A stretch of DNA of 64,000 bases from Trichormus sp. ATA11-4-KO1 (lineage in GTDB: Bacteria; Cyanobacteriota; Cyanobacteriia; Cyanobacteriales; Nostocaceae): contig JAHHIM010000073.1 of assembly GCA_019358915.1 (NCBI GenBank), positions 128,001 through 192,000 on the forward strand. Reading direction: 5' to 3'. Below are positions 52,396 to 63,863 of this stretch, piece by piece (position 1 is the stretch's first letter; each line of letters starts with the position of its first letter). Made by a program: the position numbers and the translations under genes. The notes beneath the pieces were generated by a model. That model made no database searches and was not told the origin of the DNA. It saw only the letters and a program-made list of their open reading frames with translations.

Positions 52396-53079
52396 TTAAT
52401 ATCCCAGTGGCGAGGGGGTTTGCTGTTGTGTTGGCGGATTTGGTGTTGTGCTGGAAGGTGTGGAATGAGGACTATGATCTGGCGATGCTGAGGGCAAGAA
52501 AATTGTCCTGGCTGGCGTTGGCGATACTAGCCCTGATGCTTGCTTTTCTGCTTCATCAGCCATTTTGTTCTTTAGGGTCGCGTTGGTTGTAATTAAGTGT
52601 CGTTCATGGAGTTGTAGGCTTTGTAGCCTGCGATATCCCTGACTCCACAGTTCTTGAGAATATACTGTCCAACCATAAACTACTAAAGTTGTTGCCACTA
52701 AGAAAAAAGTCACAATTGAGGCATAACGATGTGAGGTATACAACCGCAGCAACCAAGAAGGCGCTGCTCCCGAAGTAGACATCACAGGAAGCGGGGAAAA
52801 GCCTGACTGCGGATTTTTTTGTCCTGTACTTGACTGTTCTTGGCGGTGAAAGACTGGTTTTTTAGCCAAATCTTGCATTCCATTGGTAGCAGAAACCGAT
52901 AACTTTTTCGAGGAACGCCGTTGTCTTTTTGAGGATACTGACCCAGCATCCGCAAGTGTAGATGCACTCTGCGTGGCTGACTCTGGACGCTTGGAGCGTC
53001 GCTTCCCTAAAGATGGGGTAGAATTTTGCCGGAACCAAGAACCTGCTGTGGAAACAGCTGATTTACGAACTGCGGACAT
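52396..53079 (-). CDS. FtsL-like cell division protein
   Basis: Disordered N-terminus, single TM, coiled coil; immediately upstream of ftsI. Confidence 0.6.
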   Translation of the reverse strand: MSAVRKSAVSTAGSWFRQNSTPSLGKRRSKRPESATQSASTLADAGSVSSKRQRRSSKKLSVSATNGMQDLAKKPVFHRQEQSSTGQKNPQSGFSPLPVMSTSGAAPSWLLRLYTSHRYASIVTFFLVATTLVVYGWTVYSQELWSQGYRRLQSLQLHERHLITTNATLKNKMADEAEKQASGLVSPTPARTIFLPSASPDHSPHSTPSSTTPNPPTQQQTPSPLGY

Positions 53080-53561
53080 AAATGTTTTTGAATTAAAAAT
53101 ACTGTGTTCGAGACTGTTTACCTGTGTTCGTTTAAGTAAGAATTGTGTTCTGTATCATCAGTACACATAACACCTTACCCTAAACCCTTCTCAGTGTTGT
53201 GATAGGTATCTGCACCAAATAATGGCTTCAACTTGATATTGCAATACTTAAACAATCACTAGGCAGTAATATTGCATCTAAAGTATGGCAACACAAGGCA
53301 GCAAGGGGCAAGTCCCAGAGAAAATAAACAATTTTTAGTTTGACGTCTTGATTTGCCACTAAATTTGGCAATCAATTTACTGTACTCCTTAACCAAACAA
53401 ACTAATCAGCCTACTGCATAATAACTACACTAAAAAAAATCAACCTAAAGGATTACTTTTAAAAATGTAATCACAAGGCATTTTAAAAATCAGCAACAAA
53501 TAGGTTATCGTATTCAACAGGCGAAAATTTTTTATTGCCACAATTGGTGAAAGAGGAGTTT

Positions 53562-53726
53562 ATGATGAAAACAAAAATCTTTGGTTTTGCTCTAATGTTA
53601 AGCTTGGCTGCGGTTCTCGGAGCTTGTGAAACTGGTACTGAACCTACTGGTACCCCAACTCCAGCAGCTCCAGGTGAGCCTACTGATGGTGCTACCCCTG
53701 CCCCTACACCCGCGACTACTCCGTAA
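53562..53726 (+). CDS. Small Pro/Thr-rich lipoprotein
   Basis: GAGGAG RBS, signal peptide with LGAC lipobox, PT-rich tail. Confidence 0.75.
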   Translation: MMKTKIFGFALMLSLAAVLGACETGTEPTGTPTPAAPGEPTDGATPAPTPATTP

Positions 53727-54269
53727 ATTGTCATCGTAGCGATCGCGCCCAAAACAGGTTAGTAATGGTGTTCTTCACTACAATAACTGGCAATAATTTA
53801 GTTTTGGGCCAATAGACCATCATTCTCTTGTTCGACAGTTTCCACTACGACCAAGTGTATGCATAAAACTTTCTGTTAGATAATTGACAAAAACTTGTTT
53901 TAATGCATAACTCGGACACTGAGTATGAGATAGAACATGAAGGTGAAAAAACCTGCACGTTCACTGGCAACGGTTTTTGACCATTATCCACAGTCCTTTG
54001 CAAATCTGGAAAAGCGACCTGGTAAAATGGCTTAGCGTTGCCAGATTTTTATGAAAAAATTGGTAATTATTGTTCTGATGTCAAGTTAGCTACAGTTTTA
54101 CTGGACTAATTTTGTCAGATTAATTTGCAAAAAGCAGGTGACCGATGGAGCGTCCTTTATATTCTCCTGTAGTCAACCTATGCCCTGACGTAGCCTGTTC
54201 TTAGGACTTACACAATTTTAAATCCGTCTGGGAAAGTCTGAAAATCATATAACCTGCTATGGTAGCTGT

Positions 54270-54971
54270 ATGTTGCTACTGCAATTTAGTACATCTCATT
54301 ATTGTCGTAAAGCCCGCCTAGGGCTGGGCTATAAGCAAATTAATTACAAAATTGAAAATTTGACTCCTGGCTTACATGTGCTGCGAGTTAAACCGTTGAC
54401 TGGTTTGAAAACTCTACCAGTTCTGTTGCCACAAATTGAGGGACAACCAAATGCGATCGCTGATTCTACCCAAATTTTAAAATTCTTAGAAACCTACCAA
54501 CAAGAACCATCGCTATTTTTACCTGACTATCAACAGCAAACAGAAGCTTTGATGCTAGAAGATTGGTTAGATGAAAGCATTGGTACAGCAACCAGATTCG
54601 TATACTATCAGTATCGTACTGGAGAGGGCAAGCAAATTGACCCCTCACTATCCAGCCAAATGGTGATCTCAGTAGTGCGGCAACAATATGGAATTAACAA
54701 TGCTAGCGTAGAATTAGCTACCAGTAGACTGGCAATTGCCCTAGATGAGTTATCTATTCGCTGGCGCAAGCATGATTATTTGGTAGGTAACAAATTGAGT
54801 GTCGCAGATATTGCCGCAGCTGCCTTACTGAGTCCTTTAGCACTAATTCCTCAGTACCATCACGGATATCCCTGGTTATTTGAACATATTGTGCAAGTTC
54901 ATCAACTATGTCATGAACCTTTACCGCCAGGGTTGAGTGAGGGGGAAGTGGGAGTAGGGAGTAGGGAGTAG
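54270..54971 (+). CDS. Glutathione S-transferase family protein
   Basis: SHYCRKAR, LPVL, DS..I..FL, YLVG..LSVADI. Confidence 0.9.
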   Translation: MLLLQFSTSHYCRKARLGLGYKQINYKIENLTPGLHVLRVKPLTGLKTLPVLLPQIEGQPNAIADSTQILKFLETYQQEPSLFLPDYQQQTEALMLEDWLDESIGTATRFVYYQYRTGEGKQIDPSLSSQMVISVVRQQYGINNASVELATSRLAIALDELSIRWRKHDYLVGNKLSVADIAAAALLSPLALIPQYHHGYPWLFEHIVQVHQLCHEPLPPGLSEGEVGVGSRE

Positions 54972-54975
54972 AGAA

Positions 54976-55299
54976 ATGACGGACACAAAGAAAAGGTTTT
55001 TTGGTTTTTTGAGTATTATTACTGCTTTGTTAGTGTGGTTAGGTAGCCACGGCGGGAGAACAGTAATGGCATTACCACCACCGGAAGATATACCAGAAGA
55101 AATATTGCGGACAGAAATTATTATAGACGCGCGATCGCCCATTGATGGCAGACCCCTGAATGCTGCCGAATACGCTCAATTGCAAGAGCAACTGCAAGTG
55201 AGTCCTCAACCCAAACTGAGTACTGACTTACGGCAAACTGTTTACCTGATACAGTTACGTAAAGCCCTGTTGCAATTTTTCCCATTTCTAGATTTTTAA
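54976..55299 (+). CDS. Conserved cyanobacterial hypothetical protein
   Basis: PPPEDIPEEILRTEII..ARSPIDG.PL.AAEY motif. Confidence 0.8.
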   Translation: MTDTKKRFFGFLSIITALLVWLGSHGGRTVMALPPPEDIPEEILRTEIIIDARSPIDGRPLNAAEYAQLQEQLQVSPQPKLSTDLRQTVYLIQLRKALLQFFPFLDF

Positions 55300-55473
55300 A
55301 AAAGTAGTCTATTTGTCAAGTCATCCTCATCCTTCTCATCCCCAAAACTACTGATGACTCATTCTGATGTACGATAACGGTGGCGACAAAATTGCAAATA
55401 AATGTAAAGAATATATATAGATATTTAGCACAGTAGATTTTAGTCAATCACTTTATTAGATGTAGGTAGCTTC

Positions 55474-57768
55474 ATGTCCATGACCACGATTGCCCCTGAA
55501 CAGGTTAACCGTATAGTTTGGAATCAGCATCACGATCCCTTTGAAATACTAGGTTCTCATCCCATAGAACAAAATGGCAAAAAAGTCTGGGCTGTGCGAG
55601 CCTACCTACCAAATGCGAGCGCCGCATGGGTAGTCCTACCTGAGGAACGTCAGGAATATTCAATGGAGACTGTACATCATCCCCACTTTTTTGAATGCAC
55701 CATTGAAACAGCAGAATTAACCAACTATCAACTGCGGATTAAAGAAGGAGAACATGAGCGTGTTACTTATGATCCTTACGCCTTCCGTTCTCCGAATCTG
55801 ACAGAGTTTGACTTGCATTTGTTTTCTGAAGGCAATCATCACCGCATATACGAAAAACTGGGAGCGCACCCCACGGAAATAGACGGTATTAAAGGCGTTT
55901 ATTTTGCCGTTTGGGCACCCAACGCCCGTAATGTTTCGTTGCTGGGAGATTTCAACCTCTGGGACGGACGCAAACACCAAATGCGTAAAGGCCCCACTGG
56001 AGTATGGGAATTATTTATTCCGGAAATTGGGGTAGGAGAACATTACAAATATGAAATCAAAAATTTTGAAGGACATATTTACGAAAAATCCGATCCCTAC
56101 GGCTTCCAGCAAGAACCCCGCCCGAAAACAGCATCCATTGTCACCGATTTAAATGCTTACAATTGGGATGACGAAGACTGGATGGAAAAACGCCGTCATA
56201 CCGACCCCCTCACCCAGCCTGTATCCGTCTACGAAGTGCATTTAAGTTCTTGGTTACATGCTTCTAGTGCCGAACCAGCTAAACTACCCAACGGTGAAAC
56301 AGAACCTGTCGTTATCGTTTCGGAACTCAAACCAGGCGCACGCTTCCTCACCTACAGAGAATTAGCAGACCGACTGATTCCCTACGCCAAAGAATTAGGA
56401 TACACCCATCTGGAATTGCTGCCCATTGCCGAGCATCCCTTTGATGGGTCTTGGGGTTATCAAGTCACCGGATACTATGCTCCTACTTCTCGTTTTGGTA
56501 GCGCTGAAGATTTCATGTATTTTGTGGACAAATGTCACCAAAACGAAATCGGCGTGATTGTAGATTGGGTTCCTGGTCACTTCCCTAAAGATGGTCATGG
56601 TTTAGCTTTCTTTGATGGTAGTCACCTTTACGAACACGCTGACCCCCGCAAAGGCGAACATAAAGAATGGGGGACATTAGTATTCAACTATAGTCGCCAC
56701 GAAGTCAGGAATTTTTTGGTGGCAAATGCCCTCTTCTGGTTTGACAAATACCACATTGATGGCATTCGGGTTGATGCCGTGGCTTCCATGCTTTACTTGG
56801 ATTATTGCCGCAAACCAGGAGAATGGCTACCCAACCAGTACGGCGGACGAGAGAACTTAGAAGCAGCAGAATTTCTGCGTCAAGTGAATCACATTATTTT
56901 CAGCTATTTCCCTGGTATTCTCTCCATTGCTGAAGAATCTACTTCCTGGCCGATGGTATCTTGGCCTACCTATACAGGTGGACTGGGCTTTAACTTGAAA
57001 TGGAATATGGGTTGGATGCACGATATGCTGGATTACTTCAGCATGGACCCTTGGTTCCGCCAATTCCATCAAAACAATATTACTTTTAGTATGTGGTATA
57101 ACCACAGTGAAAACTTCATGCTGGCGCTGTCCCATGACGAAGTGGTGCATGGCAAAAGCAACATCATCGGCAAAATGCCAGGGGATAGATGGCAGAAGTT
57201 CGCTAATGTGCGTTGTTTATTTAGCTATATGTTCGCCCACCCAGGTAAGAAAACCATGTTTATGAGCATGGAGTTTGGGCAATGGAGTGAGTGGAATGTC
57301 TGGGCAGACTTAGATTGGCACTTATTGCAGTATGAAGACCATCAACAGTTAAAACAGTTTTTCCAAGATGTCAACCAACTGTACCGTTCTGAGCCAGCTT
57401 TATATACCCAGGATTTTGCTCAGGATGGGTTTGAGTGGATTGATTGTAGCGATAATCGCCATAGTGTTGTTTCCTTCATCCGCCACGATCAAGAATCTGA
57501 TGATTTCGTTGTCGTAGTTTGCAACTTTACACCCCAACCGCATTCTCACTACCGCATTGGTGTACCCGAAAAGGGATTTTATACTGAGTTGTTTAATAGT
57601 GATGCTCGTCCCTATGGCGGTAGCAATATGGGCAACTTAGGCGGTAAGTGGACAGATGATTGGTCATTGCACAGTCGTCCTTATTCCTTAGATTTATGTC
57701 TGCCACCTTTGGGTGTGTTGATGCTCAAGTTGGATAGAAACAAGACGGCTAAAGCATTGGCATCTTAA
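55474..57768 (+). CDS. glgB: 1,4-alpha-glucan branching enzyme
   Basis: [38 protein letters not shown]. Confidence 0.97.
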   Translation: MSMTTIAPEQVNRIVWNQHHDPFEILGSHPIEQNGKKVWAVRAYLPNASAAWVVLPEERQEYSMETVHHPHFFECTIETAELTNYQLRIKEGEHERVTYDPYAFRSPNLTEFDLHLFSEGNHHRIYEKLGAHPTEIDGIKGVYFAVWAPNARNVSLLGDFNLWDGRKHQMRKGPTGVWELFIPEIGVGEHYKYEIKNFEGHIYEKSDPYGFQQEPRPKTASIVTDLNAYNWDDEDWMEKRRHTDPLTQPVSVYEVHLSSWLHASSAEPAKLPNGETEPVVIVSELKPGARFLTYRELADRLIPYAKELGYTHLELLPIAEHPFDGSWGYQVTGYYAPTSRFGSAEDFMYFVDKCHQNEIGVIVDWVPGHFPKDGHGLAFFDGSHLYEHADPRKGEHKEWGTLVFNYSRHEVRNFLVANALFWFDKYHIDGIRVDAVASMLYLDYCRKPGEWLPNQYGGRENLEAAEFLRQVNHIIFSYFPGILSIAEESTSWPMVSWPTYTGGLGFNLKWNMGWMHDMLDYFSMDPWFRQFHQNNITFSMWYNHSENFMLALSHDEVVHGKSNIIGKMPGDRWQKFANVRCLFSYMFAHPGKKTMFMSMEFGQWSEWNVWADLDWHLLQYEDHQQLKQFFQDVNQLYRSEPALYTQDFAQDGFEWIDCSDNRHSVVSFIRHDQESDDFVVVVCNFTPQPHSHYRIGVPEKGFYTELFNSDARPYGGSNMGNLGGKWTDDWSLHSRPYSLDLCLPPLGVLMLKLDRNKTAKALAS

Positions 57769-57969
57769 TGTTTAAGGGTGGGACGATACCCACCCTTTTT
57801 ATGATGATTGCTGGCGACAAGTGATCATGACACCGAACTTGAATCAGCTTTGAGCCAAAGTGACAGGTGATGCCCTTCCTACCCAGGCGTTAGCGTAGCT
57901 TACCGTAGGTATCGCCCAAAAACAGATAACATAACAATACGTCTATGCCTACTCAAAAGGTGAAAAGCT

Positions 57970-58773
57970 ATGTCAGAAACTACCTTAGCTGCACCCGATA
58001 TTCAACTCCCACCTACCCAAGCAGAGTTACCCTATGATGGGATACCGATGGAGAGCGCACGGCATCAAGCCCAGATGAACCTGCTAATTGATGCCTTAAT
58101 GCCTTGGTTGGCAGAACGAGAGGATGGGTTTGTCGGCGGTAATATGTTCGTTTACTACAGTCTGGCGCAATTACGGAACCAGGACTTGAAAGGGCCAGAT
58201 TTTTTTGTAGTGTTGGGAGTCCCTAAAGGTGAACGTCGTAGTTGGGTAGTTTGGGAAGAAGGTAAAGCACCGGATGTAGTGATTGAGTTGCTTTCTGACA
58301 GTACAGCGTCAGCAGACAAAAATGAAAAAAAACTAATTTATCAAAATCAGATGCGTGTACCTGAATATTTCTGGTATGACCCTTTTAACCCTGATGATTT
58401 AGCTGGATTCTCTATCCAAGAAAGAGTTTATCAACCCATTGCTCCTAATGCTCAAAATCAGTTAGTTAGCCAATCTTTAGGGTTAGGATTACAGCTGTGG
58501 CAGGGAAATTATCAAGGGATTAATGCTACTTGGTTACGTTGGGCAGATTTAACCGGAAAATTGCTCCCAGTTACGGAAGGCAGCACGTATCAAGAACAAC
58601 AACGGGTAGAGCAAGAACGCCAACGCGCAGAACAAGAAAGACAACGCGCAGACCGAGCCGAATTTCAGTTACACCAGACAGCACGCAACTTACTTTATGC
58701 GGGAATGTCAGTAGAACAGGTGGCTAATATTACAGGTTTATCAGAATTGGAGATAGAAGCCTTGAGTATGTAG
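57970..58773 (+). CDS. Uma2-family PD-(D/E)XK endonuclease
   Basis: PMES..H, GPDFFVV, P.VVIELLS.ST, VPEYFWYDP; EQERQRA repeats. Confidence 0.9.
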   Translation: MSETTLAAPDIQLPPTQAELPYDGIPMESARHQAQMNLLIDALMPWLAEREDGFVGGNMFVYYSLAQLRNQDLKGPDFFVVLGVPKGERRSWVVWEEGKAPDVVIELLSDSTASADKNEKKLIYQNQMRVPEYFWYDPFNPDDLAGFSIQERVYQPIAPNAQNQLVSQSLGLGLQLWQGNYQGINATWLRWADLTGKLLPVTEGSTYQEQQRVEQERQRAEQERQRADRAEFQLHQTARNLLYAGMSVEQVANITGLSELEIEALSM

Positions 58774-58928
58774 CCATAAGTAGGACGACGTAAATAATTA
58801 AAGGTTTGTAATGTAAAGCCCTGACGGGCATAGCTGTGCTTACCGCGTAGCGTCTCGCAGGGCTTGCCAAAAAAGGGCTAGAGTCGCTTACTACAAGCTT
58901 ATTTCAGTTTTTTTTACATTGCTTAATG

Positions 58929-59085
58929 TAACGTGAGTTCGACAAATATCAAAAACCCCTCTCCAAACCTCTCCCCTGCCAGGAGAGAGGCTTTGAAACC
59001 TTGATTTTTAGTTCAAAACCAGGGATGTTTTTGCCCCTTTCCGTGTCGGAGAGGGTTTGGGGTGAGGTTCATCGAATTCACGTTA
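58929..59085. mobile_element. MITE
   Basis: Terminal inverted repeats TAACGTGAGTTCGA/TCGAATTCACGTTA (13/14) with an internal CCCCTCTCC...GGGG hairpin. Confidence 0.7.
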
Positions 59086-59103
59086 ATATAGTTTGATTTA
59101 TTC

Positions 59104-60000
59104 CTAGCAACTGCTATACAAATAACGCTGTAATAAGCCAATGAAAACTTCAGGTATTTCTAGATGTGGTAATACTCCGGCATCGGCGATCGCCTGAAAA
59201 TTTTGTATTACACTGGGATTTAAATTGGCTAAACGTCGCCCTAATTTGATGCTGGTAAATTGTGCTTTCTCTCCCCAAAAAAGCACAGTGGGAATTTTTA
59301 ACTGCTGCATGTACAAACTCAAATCAAAATATAGGTCTCCCCGCAAAAATGCCAAGGCGGAAAACTTAGCGTTAGGCTGTTGTGCAGAAGTTAAATAAGC
59401 TGTAACCATCTCTTGAGAGACTCTTTCTGGTTTGGCAAAGAGAAAATTTTGCAGAAAATTTCTCACAGCAAATTCATTTTCTGCACCCAAAGCATAAATT
59501 AAATTGTCCAATAAAGGTGTATTAATCACTGACAGTGGTAACCTACGTCCTGCACCTTGACCAAAGTCATCAAACCCAGAGGGACAGACCAAATATAGTT
59601 TTTGGAATAAATCAGGTTGGCTAATAGCTAGGCGGATAGTCAAAGCAGCAGTTAAAGAAGAAGCCACCACCTCCACAGGTTGTTGACAAGTTTGGGTGAT
59701 CAATTGGGCGATCGCGCTAAAATAATCTCTAATTTGATAATCCCGCACTGGATGAGCAGATTCTCCCCAGCCAATTAAATCTGGGGCTAATATCTGGTAC
59801 GTAGCCGCAAAAGCTGGGTAAACTTTAGACCATTCGTACGCAGATGCCCCACCACCAAAATTGTGCAGAAACAATAAAGGCGGTAAATCTTCAGCATCAG
59901 CATTTAACCAAGGTGCAGTTGTTTGGGTATAGTAGACCATTGCCCCTAAAGATGTATGAATGACCTTATGCCCAAAGCCAGGGGGTTGAAACTGAAGCAT
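59104..60000 (-). CDS. Alpha/beta hydrolase fold protein
   Basis: LFLHNFGGG, APDLIGWG.S, ASSL, LPHLE. Confidence 0.88.
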   Translation of the reverse strand: MLQFQPPGFGHKVIHTSLGAMVYYTQTTAPWLNADAEDLPPLLFLHNFGGGASAYEWSKVYPAFAATYQILAPDLIGWGESAHPVRDYQIRDYFSAIAQLITQTCQQPVEVVASSLTAALTIRLAISQPDLFQKLYLVCPSGFDDFGQGAGRRLPLSVINTPLLDNLIYALGAENEFAVRNFLQNFLFAKPERVSQEMVTAYLTSAQQPNAKFSALAFLRGDLYFDLSLYMQQLKIPTVLFWGEKAQFTSIKLGRRLANLNPSVIQNFQAIADAGVLPHLEIPEVFIGLLQRYLYSSC

Positions 60001-60057
60001 AAAATTATACAGTTATAAAGTTTGTAGTCAGGACTTTAGTCCTCTCATGCATCCGCC

Positions 60058-60552
60058 TTACTTACTAGTAATGTGAACCAGTTGGTCGAGTTGGTCCCCA
60101 CGAATTTCATAAGCTGTGCCGAAACCAACCACAAAACGACCAGCATTAGGAGTTAACCGGAAAATCCGAAAATCAGGTAAACCACGCAAAACCTCAATCA
60201 ATTCACCAAAATGCCCTTGAAATTGCCCAATAATAGAATTCCAGGTGTCACTATCACGCTCTATTAAAGTGGCTGTACAATCAAAACTCAACCGTCGCCG
60301 GGCAAAAATTTGCTGAGTTTTAGATTCATCCTCGATAAATAAGACACTTACATGAGGATTGGCATGAATATTTTGTGTGTGAGTTGCCAGACCACTGACA
60401 TAAATGTAAATGTTTTTGGCTGCATCCATCACAAAAGGAGTATAACTAGCATTGGGTATTCCTTGCTGATTGACTGTGCTAATCATTACACTCTGAAATT
60501 CTTGAGGAAAATTTGTGTACTCAGCTTGAGCTTTTTCTAGTTGGTTCATCAT
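60058..60552 (-). CDS. HugZ/pyridoxamine 5'-phosphate oxidase-like heme-binding protein
   Basis: PNASYTPF, VSGLA.HT.N, FARRRL, DFRIF.L.P..GRFV.GFG; start at 60552 or 60549. Confidence 0.85.
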   Translation of the reverse strand: MMNQLEKAQAEYTNFPQEFQSVMISTVNQQGIPNASYTPFVMDAAKNIYIYVSGLATHTQNIHANPHVSVLFIEDESKTQQIFARRRLSFDCTATLIERDSDTWNSIIGQFQGHFGELIEVLRGLPDFRIFRLTPNAGRFVVGFGTAYEIRGDQLDQLVHITSK

Positions 60553-60747
60553 AAATATTTGTTGTATTAGTAACAATTCAGTAAGTATCCTAACGTTTTT
60601 ACCCAAGAGGATGAAATAGCAAATATTTGGCTTAATTTTAGCGATTGTCAGAGCAAATTCCAGTAGTACTAAGTTTCCTGCCAAAAACCAATCCCCACTC
60701 CCCGTTATCATGTATGTAACAAGATAAAAATATATGAGGACGCGATT

Positions 60748-62235
60748 GTGACTGACAAAAATCGTTCTCAATGGGACTTAGGCAGGTTTATCGAAACCCT
60801 AACTTATTTTGAGGTGATTCCTTTCCTTAACTGGGTACAACAGTTAATTCTAGGTCGTCCTCAGGATAATCAAGCGAAACCCAATGGAGGCAAAAACGTG
60901 GGTGTAATATTGGTTGCGGGTGCAACAGGTGGTGTGGGTAAACGCGTGGTGCGGCGACTGAGAGAACAAGGTGATAAAGTTAGGGCAATTGTGCGAGATA
61001 TTGACAAAGCAAGGTTAATTCTTGGTAATGATATTGACTTAGTAGTTGCGGATATTACCAAACCAGAGACTTTGAATTCTATAGTAATGTCTAATATTCA
61101 AGCTGTGATTTGTTGTACAGCAGTACGTGTACAACCAGTAGAAGGAGACACAGCAGATAGAGCTAAATATTATCAAGGTGTGAAATTTTACCAACCGGAA
61201 ATTGTGGGTGACACTCCAGAAAATGTGGAATATCAAGGTGTGAAAAACTTGGTACAAGCGGCGGTAAAATATTTACCCCCAGCTAATGAAAAATTGATAT
61301 TTGATTTTACTAATCCCTCAGCAGAATTAAAATTTGTTTGGGGTGCGGTGGATGATGTTGTCATGGGTGGTGTGAGTGCCAGCAATATGCAATTAATAGA
61401 AAATACAGCCGTATTTGCTGGTAATGTTTCCACTGCTAATTCTGGTGGATTTGCTTCGGTGAGAACTAAAAATTTTGACCCTCCTTTCAACTTATCGGGT
61501 TATGCAGGAGTAGAATTGCGTGTCAAAGGTGACGGACAGCGTTACAAATTATTTTTACGGACAGATACTAAATGGGATGGCGTTGGTTACAGTTATTCTT
61601 TTGATACTGTAGCTGACACCTGGATGAATATTCGCATTCCGTTTAGTGAATTGATTCCGGTATTTCGTGCCAAAGTTGTCACAGATTGTCCGCCAATAGA
61701 TGTTAGCAGAATTTCATCTTTTCAACTGATGTTGAGTAAATTTGAATATGATGGTGCGCTAAATCCTAAATTCACACCTGGTGGTTTTGCTTTACAAGTC
61801 GAATCAATTAAAGCGTATGGTGGGGAAAGCTTCCCACAATTTGTGCTTGTGAGTTCAGCCGGGGTAACTCGTCCTGGAAGACCGGGAATTAATTTAGATG
61901 AAGAGCCGCCAGCAGTGCGATTAAATGACCAATTAGGAGGACTTTTAACGTGGAAGTTGCAAGGAGAAGATAGTGTAAGAGAAAGTGGTATTCCTTATAC
62001 AATCATTAGACCTTGTGCATTAACAGAAGAACCAGGTGGTAAAGAATTAATCTTTGAGCAAGGTGATAATATTCGAGGGAAAATCAGCCGCGAAGATGTA
62101 GCAGAAATTTGTGTGCGATCGCTCCAACAACCAAAAGCGTGTAACATCACTTTTGAAGTAAAATCAGGAGACAATAGCGTTAACTTCATCAATTGGTATC
62201 AGTTATTTTCTCAGTTACAACCTGAAAGAAGATAA
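60748..62235 (+). CDS. CIA30-domain NAD(P)-binding protein
   Basis: VAGATGGVG Rossmann motif, DDVVMGGVS, GGFASVR, SKFEYDG. Confidence 0.9.
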   Translation: MTDKNRSQWDLGRFIETLTYFEVIPFLNWVQQLILGRPQDNQAKPNGGKNVGVILVAGATGGVGKRVVRRLREQGDKVRAIVRDIDKARLILGNDIDLVVADITKPETLNSIVMSNIQAVICCTAVRVQPVEGDTADRAKYYQGVKFYQPEIVGDTPENVEYQGVKNLVQAAVKYLPPANEKLIFDFTNPSAELKFVWGAVDDVVMGGVSASNMQLIENTAVFAGNVSTANSGGFASVRTKNFDPPFNLSGYAGVELRVKGDGQRYKLFLRTDTKWDGVGYSYSFDTVADTWMNIRIPFSELIPVFRAKVVTDCPPIDVSRISSFQLMLSKFEYDGALNPKFTPGGFALQVESIKAYGGESFPQFVLVSSAGVTRPGRPGINLDEEPPAVRLNDQLGGLLTWKLQGEDSVRESGIPYTIIRPCALTEEPGGKELIFEQGDNIRGKISREDVAEICVRSLQQPKACNITFEVKSGDNSVNFINWYQLFSQLQPERR

Positions 62236-62304
62236 GGAGACAGATGCAATGGCGAAAAATGGAATTTTTCACCATTTACTCGCCTCCTCATAGGAGTTAA
62301 TTCA

Positions 62305-62646
62305 ATGTTTGGTAGATTAATTTTTGCTGGGGTTGTAGTCATGATTGTTTGGCTAGGCTTGTTGTCGAACCCAGCTTCATCACAACAAATAGAATCCCGT
62401 TTTAACAATCTGCAAGCAGACTTTAATCGTGTAGAGTCACGCTTGAGTCGAATCGAGTCTCAACTCAATCAAATCGGTCAGTCTCCAACACCCAGAACAA
62501 CACTTACCCCACGACAATCAAATGGTGCTAGGCGTAATTTATCGCAGCAAGAGCGCATGTTTGATAGATTAGCTACGTTAGTGGTGGAATTAAAGCAACA
62601 AGTCAATGAATTAGAGGAGAGAATTGCTCAACTGGAATCTAACTGA
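62305..62646 (+). CDS. Exported coiled-coil hypothetical protein
   Basis: Signal peptide; MFDRLATLVVELK motif. Confidence 0.75.
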   Translation: MFGRLIFAGVVVMIVWLGLLSNPASSQQIESRFNNLQADFNRVESRLSRIESQLNQIGQSPTPRTTLTPRQSNGARRNLSQQERMFDRLATLVVELKQQVNELEERIAQLESN

Positions 62647-62710
62647 AGGAAGTGGGGAGTGTTTAATTCGATATTAATTTTTATAATTATAAATTTACTA
62701 ACAGTAAAAT

Positions 62711-63091
62711 ATGCATAACCTAGCTACTTACGAAGGCGGTTGTCATTGCGGTGCGGTACGCTTTCGGGTAATGGTTGATAACCATAAAGTGGATGATTGC
62801 AATTGTTCAATTTGTCGAAAAAAGGGTTTCTTACATTTAATTGTGCCGCAAGAGCAGTTCACGTTGCTGCAAGGCGAAGACAAGCTAGAAACCTACAGAT
62901 TTAATACAGGAGTCGCACAACACAAATTTTGCCGCATTTGTGGAATGCATCCTTTTTATATTCCCCGCAGTCACCCTGACCGTATTGATGTGAATGTGCG
63001 TTGTTTAGATGGGGATGTGATAGGAAATTTTGAGATTATACCTTTTGATGGGGCAAATTGGGAATCTAATATTCACAAGTTGATTAATTAA
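62711..63091 (+). CDS. GFA/CENP-V family protein
   Basis: GGCHCG, CNCSIC, FCRICG zinc ligands. Confidence 0.92.
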   Translation: MHNLATYEGGCHCGAVRFRVMVDNHKVDDCNCSICRKKGFLHLIVPQEQFTLLQGEDKLETYRFNTGVAQHKFCRICGMHPFYIPRSHPDRIDVNVRCLDGDVIGNFEIIPFDGANWESNIHKLIN

Positions 63092-63180
63092 TTAACTTGT
63101 TAATCACAGGCTACCTGACTTGAAAGTGCTAAGTCAAATGTAGACGCGCCCAGCGCGGCTGACCGTAAGGATAACCCAAT

Positions 63181-63365
63181 CTACTGGCGTGGCAAGGCTA
63201 AAATGTTGCATAAACAAATGATTGTGGGGTGGGTGTCCTCGCCCGCCCAGAACAGGCATTGATTAAGATTAGCGGTGACAAGTCTATTTCTCTATAGCCA
63301 TATGGCTGGAAAATTCTCGGCGGAAATATAACTCGTCACCGCCTATCCTTGTATGTACGCCACCC
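63181..63365. mobile_element. Degenerate composite MITE-like repeat
   Basis: CTACTGGCGTGGCAAGGCTAAAATG end, GTGGGGTGGG...GCCCGCCC unit also at ~44718, inner GCGGTGAC...GTCACCGC stem. Confidence 0.5.
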
Positions 63366-63443
63366 TATAGGTACGGCGTGCTACCTTGCGTCAATTGCGC
63401 TGATGAACTGAAAAAAGCATCTATTGTAATAACAGGGCTTTTT

Positions 63444-63863
63444 CTAGCCTTCAACAATTAGTTTACCAACCATGCCAGCACCACGGTGGGGTTCACAGTA
63501 GAAGGTATATTCACCAGCAGGTGCATCTGCGGGAATGGTGGTTGCGGTAGTTTGACCAGGACTCATAAGCAATTGCTTGTGAGAAAGTTCTTTAGCTAAA
63601 TCAGCGCTCTTAGCAGGATTTAAAGCCGCATCAAACACAACGTTATGGGGAGGAACTTTGTTGTTCACCCATTCTATGGTGTCGCCTGGTTTAACTGTCA
63701 ACTTTTTGGGTTCAAATGCCAGCATTCCTTTGTCGCTACCCAGTTTTACCTGGAAGGTTTCAGCTGAAGCACTGGGAGTGAAAACAGCAAAGCTGCAAAC
63801 AACTAAAAGGACTGTCAACACAGCTAAACTCAAGCGCCGCCAGCTTGCAGAAATCAATTTCAT
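63444..63863 (-). CDS. petE: Plastocyanin precursor
   Basis: Signal peptide, PHNVVF, YCEPHRGAGM copper ligands. Confidence 0.97.
   Translation of the reverse strand: MKLISASWRRLSLAVLTVLLVVCSFAVFTPSASAETFQVKLGSDKGMLAFEPKKLTVKPGDTIEWVNNKVPPHNVVFDAALNPAKSADLAKELSHKQLLMSPGQTTATTIPADAPAGEYTFYCEPHRGAGMVGKLIVEG

Noticed and set aside
60553..60771. N-terminal extension of the HugZ-like ORF in the ORF track
   Set aside because: Overlaps the divergent CIA30 gene and promoter; family similarity begins at Met 60552/60549.
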